This document shows positions 25,880 through 38,550 of a stretch of DNA of 64,000 bases, piece after piece. The DNA is from Malacoraja senta (Eukaryota). Both the position numbers and the translations under genes were made by a program. How positions within the stretch are numbered: position 1 is the first letter of the stretch; every line of letters starts with the position of its first letter. Below the pieces are notes generated by a model. That model had not been told where the DNA came from, ran no database searches, and saw nothing but the letters and a program-made list of their open reading frames with translations. The DNA lies in assembly GCA_038087875.1 (NCBI GenBank), contig CM075992.1:7132001-7196000 (forward strand). Direction: 5' to 3'.

Positions 25880-26605
25880 CGGGCAAACACATCTCGCACC
25901 TGGGCGGTGGGGAGCAGGCGGGGAGGGGGGAAGGGGGGAGCGGGGAGGGGGGAGGGGGGAGGGAGGGAGGCTGAGGTGAGGGGTGAGCGGTGCAAAGGTG
26001 AGCGGCGGGGACACGGCTGTAAACAAAGCCGCTTCCAGGAGCAACGAGCGGGAAAGGGTGCGGGACGGGAGGCCGGCTCGCACCTGCGGCCGCCCCGGCC
26101 TGGTCCCCGGCCCGGCCCGGCCCGGCCTCTGTCCTCATTGTTGTCGACTCCTGAGGTAAATTTGGGGATTCCTCAGAGTGAATTGAAACTCCCGCAGTTT
26201 CGCTCTATCTCTCTCCCCTCCCCTCCCTCCCTCCCCCCCCTCTCCCCTCCACGGACTGGACCCCAAAGCTCCTCAAGTCGGTGAAAAGTTACCGCCGAGG
26301 AATTAGAAATCCTCCCCTCCCCTCCCCAAGGAGGTTGATTCGAGCGAACTCACCGGTTAATCTTCTGAGCGAACGCGCGGCGCTCGGTTGAAGTGGCCAT
26401 GGTGCTGCCGACGGGCGGGCACCCGAGCGGCGGCTCGCTCGGCCCTCTCGGCAATCTCCGGAAACACTCGGCCAGACGGGGATGGATGGGGCGGGGACTC
26501 GGCAGTCTCCGGGAGCAGGGACTCGGGAATCTCCGAGAGCCAGGACTGAGCCGGGGACTCGGCAATCTCCGGGAGACGAGCTGGAGCTCGGTAATTTCCG
26601 CCAAC
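25880..26605. promoter_or_regulatory. CpG island / promoter region around DOCK6 exon 1
   Basis: Locally very high GC and CpG density, GC boxes, contains the start-codon exon. Confidence 0.85.
26354..26400 (-). CDS. DOCK6: DOCK6 coding exon 1 (MATSTERRAFAQKIN/R)
   Basis: Kozak GCACCATGG; ERRAFAxKI.R is the DOCK6/7/8 N-terminal motif; donor CG|GTGAGT. Confidence 0.9.
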
Positions 26606-28362
26606 TAGACACCCAAATGAAAGATGATAGACACAAAATGCTGGAATGACTCTGACTAACATAAGATGTTGGACTCTTGAGCAAACGACAAAGTGCAGGC
26701 AGAATCAGTGAGTGGAAATGGACATTCTGAAGAAGTGGCACGACCCGAAACATCGCCCATTCCTTCCCTCCAGATGCTGCCTGTCCTGCTGAGTTACTAC
26801 TCCAGCATGTTGTGTCTATCTTCGGTCTGAAGAAGGAAATTCATAAAAAAATGTTTTCTGTCCTTATCCCTGCACAGATCAAGAATGTTTAATTGTCCTA
26901 TGCACCAGGAACGGAACAATGAAATTCTTACTTGCAGCAGCTTAACAGGCCAATTAATACCAATAATTATACAATAAGTAATACTGGGTAACCAGACCTT
27001 ACAGTGCATAACTGAAGTACATAGTGTAACCAAAATGCAGTCCATAGTAGATTGTTGGTAAGGTGAGGTTTAGGTTAGTGTTGTGCAGAGTGGTTCAAGA
27101 ACCTCATGGGGGAAAAGCTGTTTTTGAACCTGGACGTGATGGTATTCCGGCTCCAATACCTTCCTCCTAATGATAGTGGTTGGATGAGAGTGTGGCCAGG
27201 GTGGTGAGGGTCTTTGATGATATTGGCTGCCTTTTTTCAGGCAGTGCCTCCTTTGATTGTGGTGTGGTCAATACCTGTGACGCTCACTAACCCACCGAGG
27301 TCCTCCAGCAGTTTGGCTTTTTCTCAGGCTGTCCAAACGTTTTTTTACAGATTACTTTAATCTGTAGAAAAGTACAGCTTCCACGTAAATGGGAAATATA
27401 ATTTACATTTGAATGCACAATATCTATGAAATATTTGACTTTTTTTCAGATGAACCACATTCTGTTCTTGGAGAAAACTTTGCAGAGTTGTTGCCAAATT
27501 GCATGGACTTTGTCCAATTGTCTGGAGAAAGGAAGATTCCATGCCTTCCCTTTATCTCAATGACACTGTTAGTCCAATTGCAGGTAAGGAGTAGACAAGA
27601 TGATCATTTATAGTGGTTTAGTATGTAAAAGCAGGAAAGGCACAGTGAACTACAGCAGAACTACAACTTGTACAGGTGCCAGGGGTTATGGGGAGAAGGC
27701 AGGAGAATGGGGCTAGGAGGGAGAGATAGATCAGCCATGATTGAATGGCGGGGTAGACATGATGTGCTGAATGGCCTAAACCTGCACCTATCACTTATTT
27801 ATGACCATATGAACCCTTATGAACACGTATCTAAAGCAGGATCCTGATTTGAAATATCATCTGTCCATTCCCTCTGCAAATGCTACCTGACCCACTGAGT
27901 TTCTCCAGTACATTGTGTTCAGAAAACTTGTAATCATCAGTTTGGACTCTGGTGGAACAATAACAGTGATTGAGGTGTACGGCACGGAAATAGGCCATTG
28001 AGCCCAATTTGCACATGTCAACCAAGATGCCCCATCTACACTCGCCCCAACTGCTCGCATTTGGCCTATATCCCTCTAAACCCTTCCTATTCATGTACCT
28101 GTCCAAATGCCTTTTAAATGTTGTTGTAGTATCTGCCTCAAATACCTCCTCAGGCAGCAAGTTCCATATACCCACCACCTTCTGTGTGAAAATGTTACCC
28201 TCAGGTTCCTATTAAATCTTTCTACTCTCACCTTACACCTATGCCCACAGGTTCTTGATTCCCGTAGTCTGGGTTAAAAGAACCCATTTCACATCTGGCA
28301 CAAGATTCAAGGATAGATTAGAAAGCTGAGTGTTTTATTTCCAAATGAGAAGGCTTGGGGTT

Positions 28363-30186
28363 TAAAATTGCAACAGAAAAATTTAAGTATTTGGGTATTC
28401 AAATTACTAGAAAATACAAATCATTATTTAATGCTAATTTTATGCCTTTATTAAATAAACTGAACGTGTTGATTAAATTCTGGAAAACACTTCCGTTGTC
28501 ATTAAGAGGCAGAATAAACGCTATAAAATGATCTTTTTACCACAAATATTATACCTATTTCAATCTATACCATTATATATACCAAAACACTTTTTCGAAA
28601 AACTAGACTCTAATATTACCAATTTTATTTGGGACTATAGATCACATAGAATTCAAAGAAAACACCTGTAAACCCAAAGACGTTGGGTGACTTTCACTTC
28701 CGAACTTTTTGTATTATTATTGGGCAGTGCATATTAAGAATATAATTTATTGGTTGGACAGTCCTACCCAACAGACAGAATGGATAAGAATGGAGAAGGA
28801 GGATTGTTCTCCTTGTAATATAGGAGCGATCCTCTTCTCCCCGATAAAACTGAACAACACAATATATAAGAATAACCCAATTATACATAATACAATAAGA
28901 ATTTGGAAACAAATAAAATTAACTTAAAAATTAAGAAACCTATCATTGTTAACGCCAATAGTGAATAATCCTTCATTTAAACCATCTCTTATCGATAAAA
29001 CATATAATCAATGGGAAAGAATGGGAATTAAAAGGATCGGCGATATGTATGAAATGGGAAATCTGTTATCATTCCAACAATTACAATTAAAATTTAAGCT
29101 GAAAAATAACCAATATTTTAAATACCTTCAGATCTGTGACTTCATGAAGAAATACATACAAAGACACCAAACTATAACTTTAGACCCACTGGAAGAAGCA
29201 ATGAATATTAAGGCTGACTCACAGAAATTAATATCATATTTATATAATAGTATTTTAAATATAGAACTACCATCGACAGAGGCACTTAGAGAAGATTGGG
29301 AACGAGAATTAATGATAAAAATCACGAAAGAAACATGGGAAAAGTATTTGATATATACACAAATGTTCGATTAATGTAAGACATAACTTAATTCAATTTA
29401 AAATTTTACATAGATTATATTATTCAAAAACTAGACTGAATAAATTCTATCCAAATACTTCCCCCATTTGTGATAAATGTTTATCTCAAAATGCCACTAT
29501 AACACACTCTTTTGTTTCCTGCATAAAACTTTATAAATTCTGGATCGATATCTTTGAAATATTTACAAAATTATTCAAGATAAAAATGGAACCTGACACT
29601 GAAATGATTATATTTGGAGTAACGGAAGACGGGAACAAATTGAACACATTTCAAAATTCATTTTTAAATTATGGGTTAATAACGGCAAAAAAACATACTT
29701 AAATTTTGGAAAAAATACACCCATACCAACGCTTAAAATGTGGATTTCAAACATGTTGGACACCGCACATCTTGAAGAAATGCGATTCCTCCTAATAGAT
29801 AAATCAGACCAATTCTTAACGAGTTGGTCTCCATTTATCAACTTTTTGGAAGCCTATGGTGCAACAAAATCGTAGAAACCAGCTGTTTCAGGACTGGGTG
29901 AAGGATGGTCAAGAATATAAATAACGATCTCCTATAATTTCCTACTCTCTACTCTTTCTCTTTCTCTCACCTTTTTTTTCTCCACTTTCCCTCTTTCCCC
30001 TCTTTTTCCTTTTCACACACCGTACATCACATGTTTTTCTATTTTTTATTATCTATTCTCTCTTTCTTTTATTATTTAAAAAAAATAAGCTGTACATAAA
30101 ATGTAACCTGCCAATATATATTAGGCACCTTGGTGCCACATTACTGTACTTCTAATAAAATAAAAAAATAAAAAATAAATAAAAAA
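28363..30186 (+). mobile_element. 5'-truncated L1 (ORF2 C-terminal part with stops/frameshifts, 3' UTR, poly A) inserted in an old CR1
   Basis: Homologous to 4110-5615; 16-bp TSD GAGAAGGCTTGGGGTT at 28347-28362 and 30187-30202. Confidence 0.95.
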
Positions 30187-30640
30187 GAGAAGGCTTGGGG
30201 TTAAATTTGATGGAAATATATCAAATAATGTGTGGTCTGGACAGAGATGTTAGTGGGGAGCTGTTGTCTTTTAGTGTGGGACAAGGATGAGAGGTGACGG
30301 ATCTGAAGTAAGGAGGAAGAGAATTAATAAGGACGTGAGGAAGACCGATCTTCCAGAGTGTGTGGTTGGAATCTGGTGTGCAGCACCTGAGGATGTGGTG
30401 GAAGCAGATTCTGTTGCAGTCTTCTCAACATAATTGGAAGAACGGTCCCAACTCAAAACATCACCTATGCATGATCTCCAGAGATGCTGCTTGACTCGCT
30501 GAGTTACTCCAGCACATTGTGTACTTTTGTGTAAACCAGTATCTGCAGTTCCTTGTTTCCACTAGATAAATATATAATTTAGGAAATCAGGTTTTGACAA
30601 TAGGTGGATTGTAAAGTGAAAGTATGACATAAACTGAACA

Positions 30641-31117
30641 ACGTTTCGCCGAACACCTCCGGTCGGTCCGCAATAACCAACCTGACCTCCCGGTGGCTCA
30701 GCACTTCAACTCCCCCTCCCATTCCGTATCTGATCTCTCTGTCCTGGGTCTCCTCCATGGCCACAGCGAGCAACACCGGAAATTGGAGGAAATGCACCTC
30801 ATATTCCACTTGGGCAGTCTACATCCTACATTGGGCAGTATAAATTCAATTGAACATTGAATTCTCCCAATTCTGCTAGCCCTTGCTGTCCCCTCCCCTT
30901 CATCATCCCTCTGGTTGTCTCCTCCCCTCCCCCAGCCCTCGGGCTCCTCCTCCGCCTTTTTTCCTTTCTTCTCCCCACCCCCTATCAGTCTGAAGAAGGG
31001 TTTCGGCCCGAAACGTGCCTATTTCCTTCGCTCCATAGATGCTGCTGCACCCGCTGAGTTTCTCCAGCATTTTTGTGTACCTTCGATTTTCCAGCATCTG
31101 CAGTTCCTTCTTTAACA
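30641..31117 (+). mobile_element. Penelope-like element 3' end: GIY-YIG C-terminus, UTR and hammerhead-containing terminal repeat
   Basis: RFAEHLRSVRNNQPDLPVAQHFNSPSHSVSDLSVLGLLHGHSEQHRKLEEMHLIFHLGSLHP; CTGAAGAAGGGTTTCGGCCCGAAAC at ~30990. Confidence 0.88.
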
Positions 31118-31284
31118 CATGTTCAAGAGGCGTCAGCCTAAAACTATCCTCCAGCTCACAAAATTATTTTCTTGACTTTTTGTCAAATTGTGGAAATAAT
31201 AAATATGGCAGTGTTTTGTTATGTGCCTTTTTAATAAAAGCATGTTCTTTAGTGAACTCAGCCCTTATTTACTATTAGAATCAA

Positions 31285-31680
31285 CCATGGCTCAGTGAAT
31301 AGCACCTTCATGTCATAGAGTTCTTGGCATAGAGTTCTGGGTTCAATTCCTGCCCCTGAGATTTGAGTGCAGAATCTAATCGACACAGAGAGAGGGCTTT
31401 AATCTGAGGCTTGGAGGTCTCGCCTGTTGTTCCTTTTTGATTTGAAATATGCCGTGATACTCTCGAACAAATGGAGAATGTCCTCCCTGATCTCTCGTAC
31501 TATATTTCATTCAATATCAGTAAAAACGATTGTTCTGTTCAATGTGATATTGTGATATGTGGGAACTCGCTATGTGCAAATTGGCAAGTGCTTTTTCTGT
31601 GCAGCGAGCAATGACCATATGTCAAAAGTATACCATTGACTGTAAAGCACTTAGGGACATCCTAAGATTAGATAAAGCCA
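31285..31680 (+). mobile_element. Ancient Deu-domain SINE (SacSINE1/AmnSINE-like), degenerate
   Basis: tRNA-like head (TGGCTCAGTG…GGGTTCAATTCC) and tail TGTGGGAAC..GCTATGTGCAAATTGG…CATTGACTGTAAAGCACTT.GGGACATCCT. Confidence 0.55.
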
Positions 31681-31969
31681 AGCCTTTTTCCCCCTTGAAC
31701 AAGCCATGAAGAACAAATGTGATTAAGTACAACTCTTAGCAAATGGAGTAAATTAATTTTAATCAGTAGAAAAATACAACTTCCTCATAAGTGGGGAAGA
31801 TATAATTTCCCTTATAAATAATAAATGGTAATACGGTGAGTAAATAACATCATCTTCAATGTCAGCAAGACGAAGAAGTAGTTATTGATTTCAGCAACCA
31901 GGGTGGGGTACATGCCCCAATCAGCATCAATAGTGTGGATGTGGAAATGGTTACTTCAAGTTCCTTGGC

Positions 31970-32565
31970 TTTAGTATAGGAGCAAGGAGGTCCTTCTGCA
32001 GTTGTACAGGGCCCTGGTGAGACCATACCTGGAGTATTGCGTGCAGTTTTGGTCTCCTAATTTGAGGAAGGACATTCTTGCTATTGAGGGAGTGCAGAGT
32101 AGGTTTGCGAGGTTAATTCCCCGGGATTTCATATCATGAAAGAATGGAACGACTGGGCTTGTATTCATTGGAATTTAGAAGGATGAGAAGGGATCTTATA
32201 GAAACATATAAAATTATTAAGGGATTGGACACACTAGATGCACAAAACATGTTCCTGATCTTGGGGGAGTCCAGAACCAGGGGCCACAGTTTAAGAATAA
32301 GGGGTAGGCCATTTAGAACTGAGATGAGGAAAAACCAGAGTTGTGAATTTGTGGAATTCTCTGCCTCAGAAGGCAGTGGAGGCCGATTCACTGGATGCTT
32401 ACAAAAGAGAGTTAGATAGAGCTCGTAGGGTTAGCGGAATCAAGGGATATGGGGAGAAGGCAGGAACAGGGTACTGATTGTGGATGATCAGCCATGATCA
32501 CATTGAATGGTGGTGCTGGCTCGAAAGGCTGAATGGCCTACTCCTACACCTATTATCTATGTATC
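31970..32565 (+). mobile_element. CR1 3' fragment inserted in a Rex1-type fragment (~31850-32640)
   Basis: LYRALVRPYLEYCVQFWSP, RRMRRDLIETYKI; flanks read FKFLG / NITNNLSWTNHIDATAKKAHQ. Confidence 0.8.
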
Positions 32566-33011
32566 TAATATTAACAATAATCTGTCGTGGACTAACCACA
32601 TTGATGCGACAGCCAAGAAGGCACATCAATGCCTCCAAACATAAATTCTTATTTCTACTTTTATGCAGACTCATCAACTGAAGAAAAGGTTTGTGTATGA
32701 AAATATAAATTGTTTGGATCTTAGACCTGGGAAACGTTAAACATTAAACGTTAAAAGCGGAGAACTGAGAGCACGAGAGCCTGCAGGTGCTGCAATCTTA
32801 AGTAAAAGACAAAGTGTTGGAGGAACTCAATGAGTCAGGCAGAATGTGTGAAGGTGACATTTTGAATCGGGACCCTTGATACTGGCGGAGTGGAGGGAAG
32901 ACAGCTGGTAGAAAGCATTGAAGGGTGGGGCACGTGATGGCATCTGATAGGTAAGGAGAGGTTGATTGAGGGGTGACTCAGGTGGGAGAGAAAAGGTGGA
33001 GGTGATGAATG

Positions 33012-34645
33012 GGTGCAGATGGTGGAATCTAGCGAGGAGGGAATTGTGTGATTAAGGTCAAGGTCAATGTCATGACTGAGTGGAGGTTCAGTCAAAGTCA
33101 TTATCAGTCAAAGTCATTATCAGTCACTGACATACTGTATTGCTCCCGGTAACAGGATCAATAGCACTGGCTTGACGACCACGGTTCAGCTGCAAGTGGC
33201 AGGTGGCGCAAAGCGATTATGTCAACTGGAACCAACCACAGGGAAAGTTCAGGAGTCATGTGCAAGGCATGAAAGAGACTGGCAGGGGAAAGACATAACG
33301 TGGTCACCTGCTGCCCTCTTGTGGCCGAGGCAGCGCGTTGAGCAGAAGACAGCGAGACAGCTCCAGGTTCCCAACAGAAGGAAGCACACTTCTTAAACAC
33401 CTGCTTAATTTTACTGCAGACACGAGGCGCTGGAATCCTGAGCCGAAAACAAAGTGGTGGAGGAACGTAGTAGGTCAGGCAGCATCAGGAGGGAATGGAC
33501 ATGACGTTTTGCGTTGGGACCGGAGATAAGGGAAGAAAGCTGGAAAAGAGCTGGGGCGGGACAAAGCCTGGCTACAATTGAGAGTTTTTTTGCCAACCAA
33601 AACCTATCTTAGTGTTTTATGTTCCATATTCTGTCCCAAATTGTGCGCAGCGCTTGCCCCTGCTTACAAGCTTCAGAGTACTACACATTCCCTGTGGAAC
33701 TATGTGGCATTTGTTTGACACGATTCATCCACCCCAGACTTTTCTCACTGATCAACTTTGCCATGAATGAGTGCCAGAGCAATCTATTGAAGGCGCGCCA
33801 GTTATGATTGAATACTTAACTAGCGATTCAAATGAATGGCGCCTGACTGAATTGGACAACAGACGTGAACGCATGGGGAGCAGGGGAGCAGGGGAGGGGT
33901 GAGGTGGGAGTAAAACACACACTTGTCAACCTGTTTTGCTATTCGTGCCCAAATAATTCTACCAGCTTTGATGACTGCCGTCTGAATTATTTTTTTATTG
34001 CGGTCTGTACAGCACGTTCATGTTTCTCGGCTGTTGGTGAGCAAACCAGTTATTGTAAACAAATAAATGAACGACAATTTCTATTTATTATTGAAAGCAC
34101 CTTCTTGGAAAATATCTCAATACAAAATTGGACTAAAGATGGACTGCTCTGCAAAGATGGACTAAATGTTGCAAACTTTCATAACTAGCAACTTCTTCAA
34201 GATCTATTTAGACAAGAGCACACGGCCCAACCCAATACAATTTATCCTGATTACTCCAATCTTGTTTGCACAGTTTGAATGTAGCCAACTTACCAGTGGC
34301 AATGACTAGGAACTTGTGACAGGTGCTGAAGGTGGGATCTGGTAAGGAAGGAACTGTGTGATTAAGGTCAAGGTCATGGCTGAGTGGAGGTTCAGTCACT
34401 GACATATTGCTCCCGATAACAGGACCAAGGCTGACGACCACAGCAGGCTGACCCCAGACCACAGTTCAGCTGCAATAGCAGGTGGCGCAAAGAGATTATG
34501 TCAACGGACACCAACCACTGGGAAAGTTCAGGAGTCATGTGCAAGGCATGAAAGAGACTTGCAGGGGAAAGACATAACGTGATCACCTGCTGCCAGCGCG
34601 TTGAGCGAGACAGCTCAATTTCCCGTCAGCAGGAAGCGCACTTCT
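33012..34645 (+). repeat. Pair of ~330-380-bp direct repeats (33012-33392 and 34322-34645)
   Basis: Shared blocks such as TGTGTGATTAAGGTCAAGGTCA and GGGAAAGTTCAGGAGTCATGTGCAAGGCATGAAAGAGACT. Confidence 0.9.
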
Positions 34646-34973
34646 AGAACAATGATCTATTCTACATTTTACTTGAGCCTCGTCCCCTTTGATCTCTCGT
34701 TTTCACACGTTACCCTTCCATATCTCCGTGTGTCCTTCTCCCCCGACTCACAGTCTGCAGCAGGGTCTCGACCCGAAACGTCACCCATTCCTTCCACCCA
34801 GAGATGCTGCCTGTCCCGCTGAGTTACTCCAGCAGTCTGTGTCGATCTCAAGTCAAGTCAAGAGAGTTTATTGTCATGTGTCCCAGATAGGACAATTAAA
34901 TTCTTGCTTGCTGCAGCACAACAGAATATTGTGGGCATAAATACAGATCAGATCAGTGTATCCATATACCATA

Positions 34974-34976
<3 letters not shown>

Positions 34977-35028
<52 letters not shown>
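34977..35028. repeat. (TA)n microsatellite within a minus-strand Rex1/L2-type 3' end
   Basis: Direct reading. Confidence 0.95.
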
Positions 35029-35038
<10 letters not shown>

Positions 35039-36661
35039 TAAATAAACAAATAAAGTGCAGTTCAGAGTTTGTTTGAAGTTGTGTTTAATAGTCTGATGGC
35101 TGTAGGTGTAAACCAGCATCTGAGGTGTAAACCAGCATCTGCAGTTCCTTCCTAGTTCTACACATTTCTTACACACCTGCTTTATTTTACTGGGGACACT
35201 GGTAACTGCAGATGCTGGATTCCTGAGCAGAAAGGCGGGTCCAGGCCTATGGTAATGACCAGGGGGTTGTGACAAGGGCTGAAGCCATGACTTCATGTTT
35301 CTGAACCTTCAACTGGAGGGAAGAACTGTTCTTTCTGGGCTGCGTGTAAGGCAGAGAGAGTGCAAAAGGAACACCGGGATGTTGGAGGTAGACAAAATCT
35401 GTCTACCTTCGATTTTCCAGCATCTGCAGTTCCTTCTTAAACACCGGGATGTTGGAGGAATGGATTCACTGGGATATGAGGACTTTGGTTATGGGAGGAG
35501 ATTGGACAGGCTGGTGGGAGTGATCGTATCTAGTACAGAGTGAATCGTGTTAGCTGGGCCACACAGAAAACAGCAATGAAAACCGAGTGGACTTTGTTTT
35601 GTGGGACCGTGGTTATGGGAGCAACAGGCAGCAGACATAGCGGCTCAGTGGCGCAGCGGTAGAGTTGCTGCGCTAGAGACCCGGGTTCGATCCTGACTGC
35701 GGGTGCTGCCTATACGTTCTCCCTGTGACCGCGTGGGTTTTCCTCGTGACTCCGGTTTCCACCCACACTCCAAAGACCACACTCCCAGACCTTCAGTAAA
35801 CTTGTAAATTGGCCCTCGTATGTAGCATAGTGCTAGTGAACGGAGTGAACAAATATCCACAGCTTGACGTTCCTGTATCCGATTTAAGATTATGCCATCT
35901 AGTGTTTAGTCTCCCTCTTCATTTTTCTTCTGATAAAATGTAAGCCTTTGCATTCCTCAACTTTAAATTGCATCTGCCATATCTCCCCCGTTCGGGCATT
36001 CTGTGCAGATGATCTATAAGACCGTTACCATGGTTAGTTGTTCCCCTGAGTTTTGAGCTATCTGCAAAGTGTGGCACTGTAAACCAAAGCCAGGTATTGG
36101 TTGAACGTGATGAAATCCAGTGCTCCCAGCACCGAATCCCTGGGGCCGCACCATCCCTGTAGTGTACGTACATTGTATCCTTTGAGCCCTGGACATCACA
36201 ATAAGGCTATTAAGACACGCTGGGCATAGAATCAGTCAAACAGCACAAACCAGGCCCTTCGGCCCAATCATCCATGCGGCCCAAGATGTCCCAGGCAAGC
36301 TAGTGCCAATTAACCGCGGCTGACCACATCCCTCCAAAACATTCCTGTCCTGTCCTGCTTTGTCCCATCTCGAGGTCACTTTAGCAAATGGGCTTGACTG
36401 CCAGCGAGTGCCCAGAAACATCTGCATCAAATGTCCAGATCAGAGAGTACATTCGGAGCTGGAATATCTGACTGGCACCAGGAAGCAGAAATGGTCACAT
36501 TTCATCTGAATACAAGACTCATTTAAAGTTGTGCGTTTTAACCCGATATATTGAAAGTAACTCACGAGGAACCGAGTGGAACAAAAAGGGATAACATGTT
36601 TCACAACGCTAACTGCTCCTCACATTCGTTCAAAGACCAAGAAGATCTTCCATCTGAAGAA

Positions 36662-36692
36662 ATGGAATTAGAGGAGACACGTGGGGAGCACA
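36662..36692 (+). CDS. Lectin A putative exon 1 (MELEETRGEH), cytoplasmic
   Basis: GAAATGG Kozak, CA|GTAAGT donor, phase 1 compatible with downstream exons. Confidence 0.55.
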
Positions 36693-36846
36693 GTAAGTTT
36701 CATCTTCATAAGTTCATAAGCTGTAGGGGCAGAATTGTAGCAGAATCTTGATGAACACAGACCGTAGAGAGATATTGGCGGGAAAGGCTGGTCGCGTTCA
36801 CACCCGTAGGCTAATAGTTGCAGTATTTTTCACATTATGCTTTCAG

Positions 36847-36894
36847 TTCAATTCGCCACATCGGCTGGGAGGCAAAACCGTCCAGGGAGGCTTG
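36847..36894 (+). CDS. Lectin A putative exon 2 (IQFATSAGRQNRPGRL), cytoplasmic
   Basis: TTTCAG| acceptor, TTG|GTGAGA donor, 48 nt, phase 1-1, open frame. Confidence 0.55.
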
Positions 36895-37273
36895 GTGAGA
36901 TTGACAGAGGATGATGACATTCTGAAGTTCTGTAATCCACGCGGTCTCCCTGTGACCGCGTGGATTTTCCCCGGGTGCTCCGGTTTCCTCCCACACTCCA
37001 AAGGCGTACAGGTTTGCAGGTTAATTTGGCTTCGGTAAAAATTGTACATGCTCCCAAGTGTAGGATAGTGCTAGTGTGCGGGGATCGCTGATCGGCGCCG
37101 ACTAGGTGGGCCGAAAAACCTGTTTACACGCTGTATCTCAAAACTAAACTAAACTAAATATCGATTCGAGGGGCGGGTGTGAGTCAGGTGGTGTATTTCT
37201 GCTCCTATTTCCGTTTCTTCTCGTCCCCTTATGCTGGCGAATGGGCTCTTTGTTCTTTACAACAGCAGGGTAA

Positions 37274-38550
37274 TTAAGAAACCTATCATTGTTAACACCG
37301 ATAGCGAATAATCCTTTATTTAAACCATCTATGATGGACAAAATATATAATCAATGGGAAAGTTTAGGAATTAAAAGGATCGGGGACATGTATGAAATGG
37401 GAGATTTACTATCATTTCAACAATTACAATTAAAATTTAAACTGAAAAACAATCATTATTTTAAATATTTTCAGATTTGCAATTTCTTGAAGACACACAT
37501 ACAGGGATATCAAAAAATAATTCCTGATTTATTGGAAGAAGTAATGAATATTAAAGCTGATACACAAAAATTAATATCATATTTATATAATAGTATTTTA
37601 AATATAGATTCACCTGCGACTGAGGTAATTAGAGAAGAGTGGGAACGGGAATTAATGATAAAAATTACGAAGGTTACATGGGAAAAGTATTTGACATACA
37701 TTCACAAATGTTCGATTAATGCAATACATAATCTAATTCAATTAAAAATTTTACATAGATTGTATTACTCAAAAACAAGATTAAATAAATTTTACCCAAA
37801 TATATCCCCCACTTGCGATAAATGTTTAATCCAAGATGCAACTATAACACACTCTTTTGTTTCCTGTATAAAACTTTATAGATTTTGGAGTGATATTTTC
37901 GAAATATTCACAAAATTATTTAAGATAAAAATGGAACCTAATAATGAATTGATTGTATTTGGGGTAATGGAAGATGGGAATAAATTGAATCCATCTCAAA
38001 AATTATTTTTTAATTATGGTTTAATAATAGCAAAAAAATTAATACTTAAATTTTGGAAAAATACACCAATACCAACGCTCAAAATGTGGATTGCAAGTAT
38101 GTTGGACACTGCACATCTTGAGGAAATGCGATTCCTCCTAATAGATAAATTTGACCAATTCACAACGAGTTGGTCTCCATTTGTCGTCTTTTTGGAATCA
38201 TATGGTGCAACACAATTGTAAAAGCTAACTCGTGACTGGGCGAGGGATGGTCAAGATTATAAATAAGATCTCCTTACTTCTTTTTTCTTTTTCTTCCTTT
38301 TTTTACTTTTATTCTCTTTTTCCTATTTTCTCCTCTTTAACTTTCCTCTTTCACTCTCTATTTTTCTTCTCCACACACTATATATCTCACATTTTTCTAT
38401 ACTTCATCATCTAATTTATTTTTCTTTTCTTCTTTATTATAATAAAAAAAATAAGAAGCTGTACATAAAATGTATTATGAAAATATGATTGTATACAATT
38501 GTACTTACTTCTAATAAAATAAAAAAAAATTAAAAATTAAAAAAAATAAA
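37274..38550 (+). mobile_element. 5'-truncated L1 in lectin A intron; ORF2 C-terminal 310 aa uninterrupted
   Basis: CDKC..H....C motif; poly(A); 15-bp TSD ACAACAGCAGGGTAA at 37259-37273 and 38551-38565. Confidence 0.95.

Noticed and set aside
25694..26753. Several 100-150-aa Pro/Gly/Arg-rich ORFs
   Set aside because: Expected by-product of the GC-rich CpG island; only the 47-nt DOCK6 exon is supported
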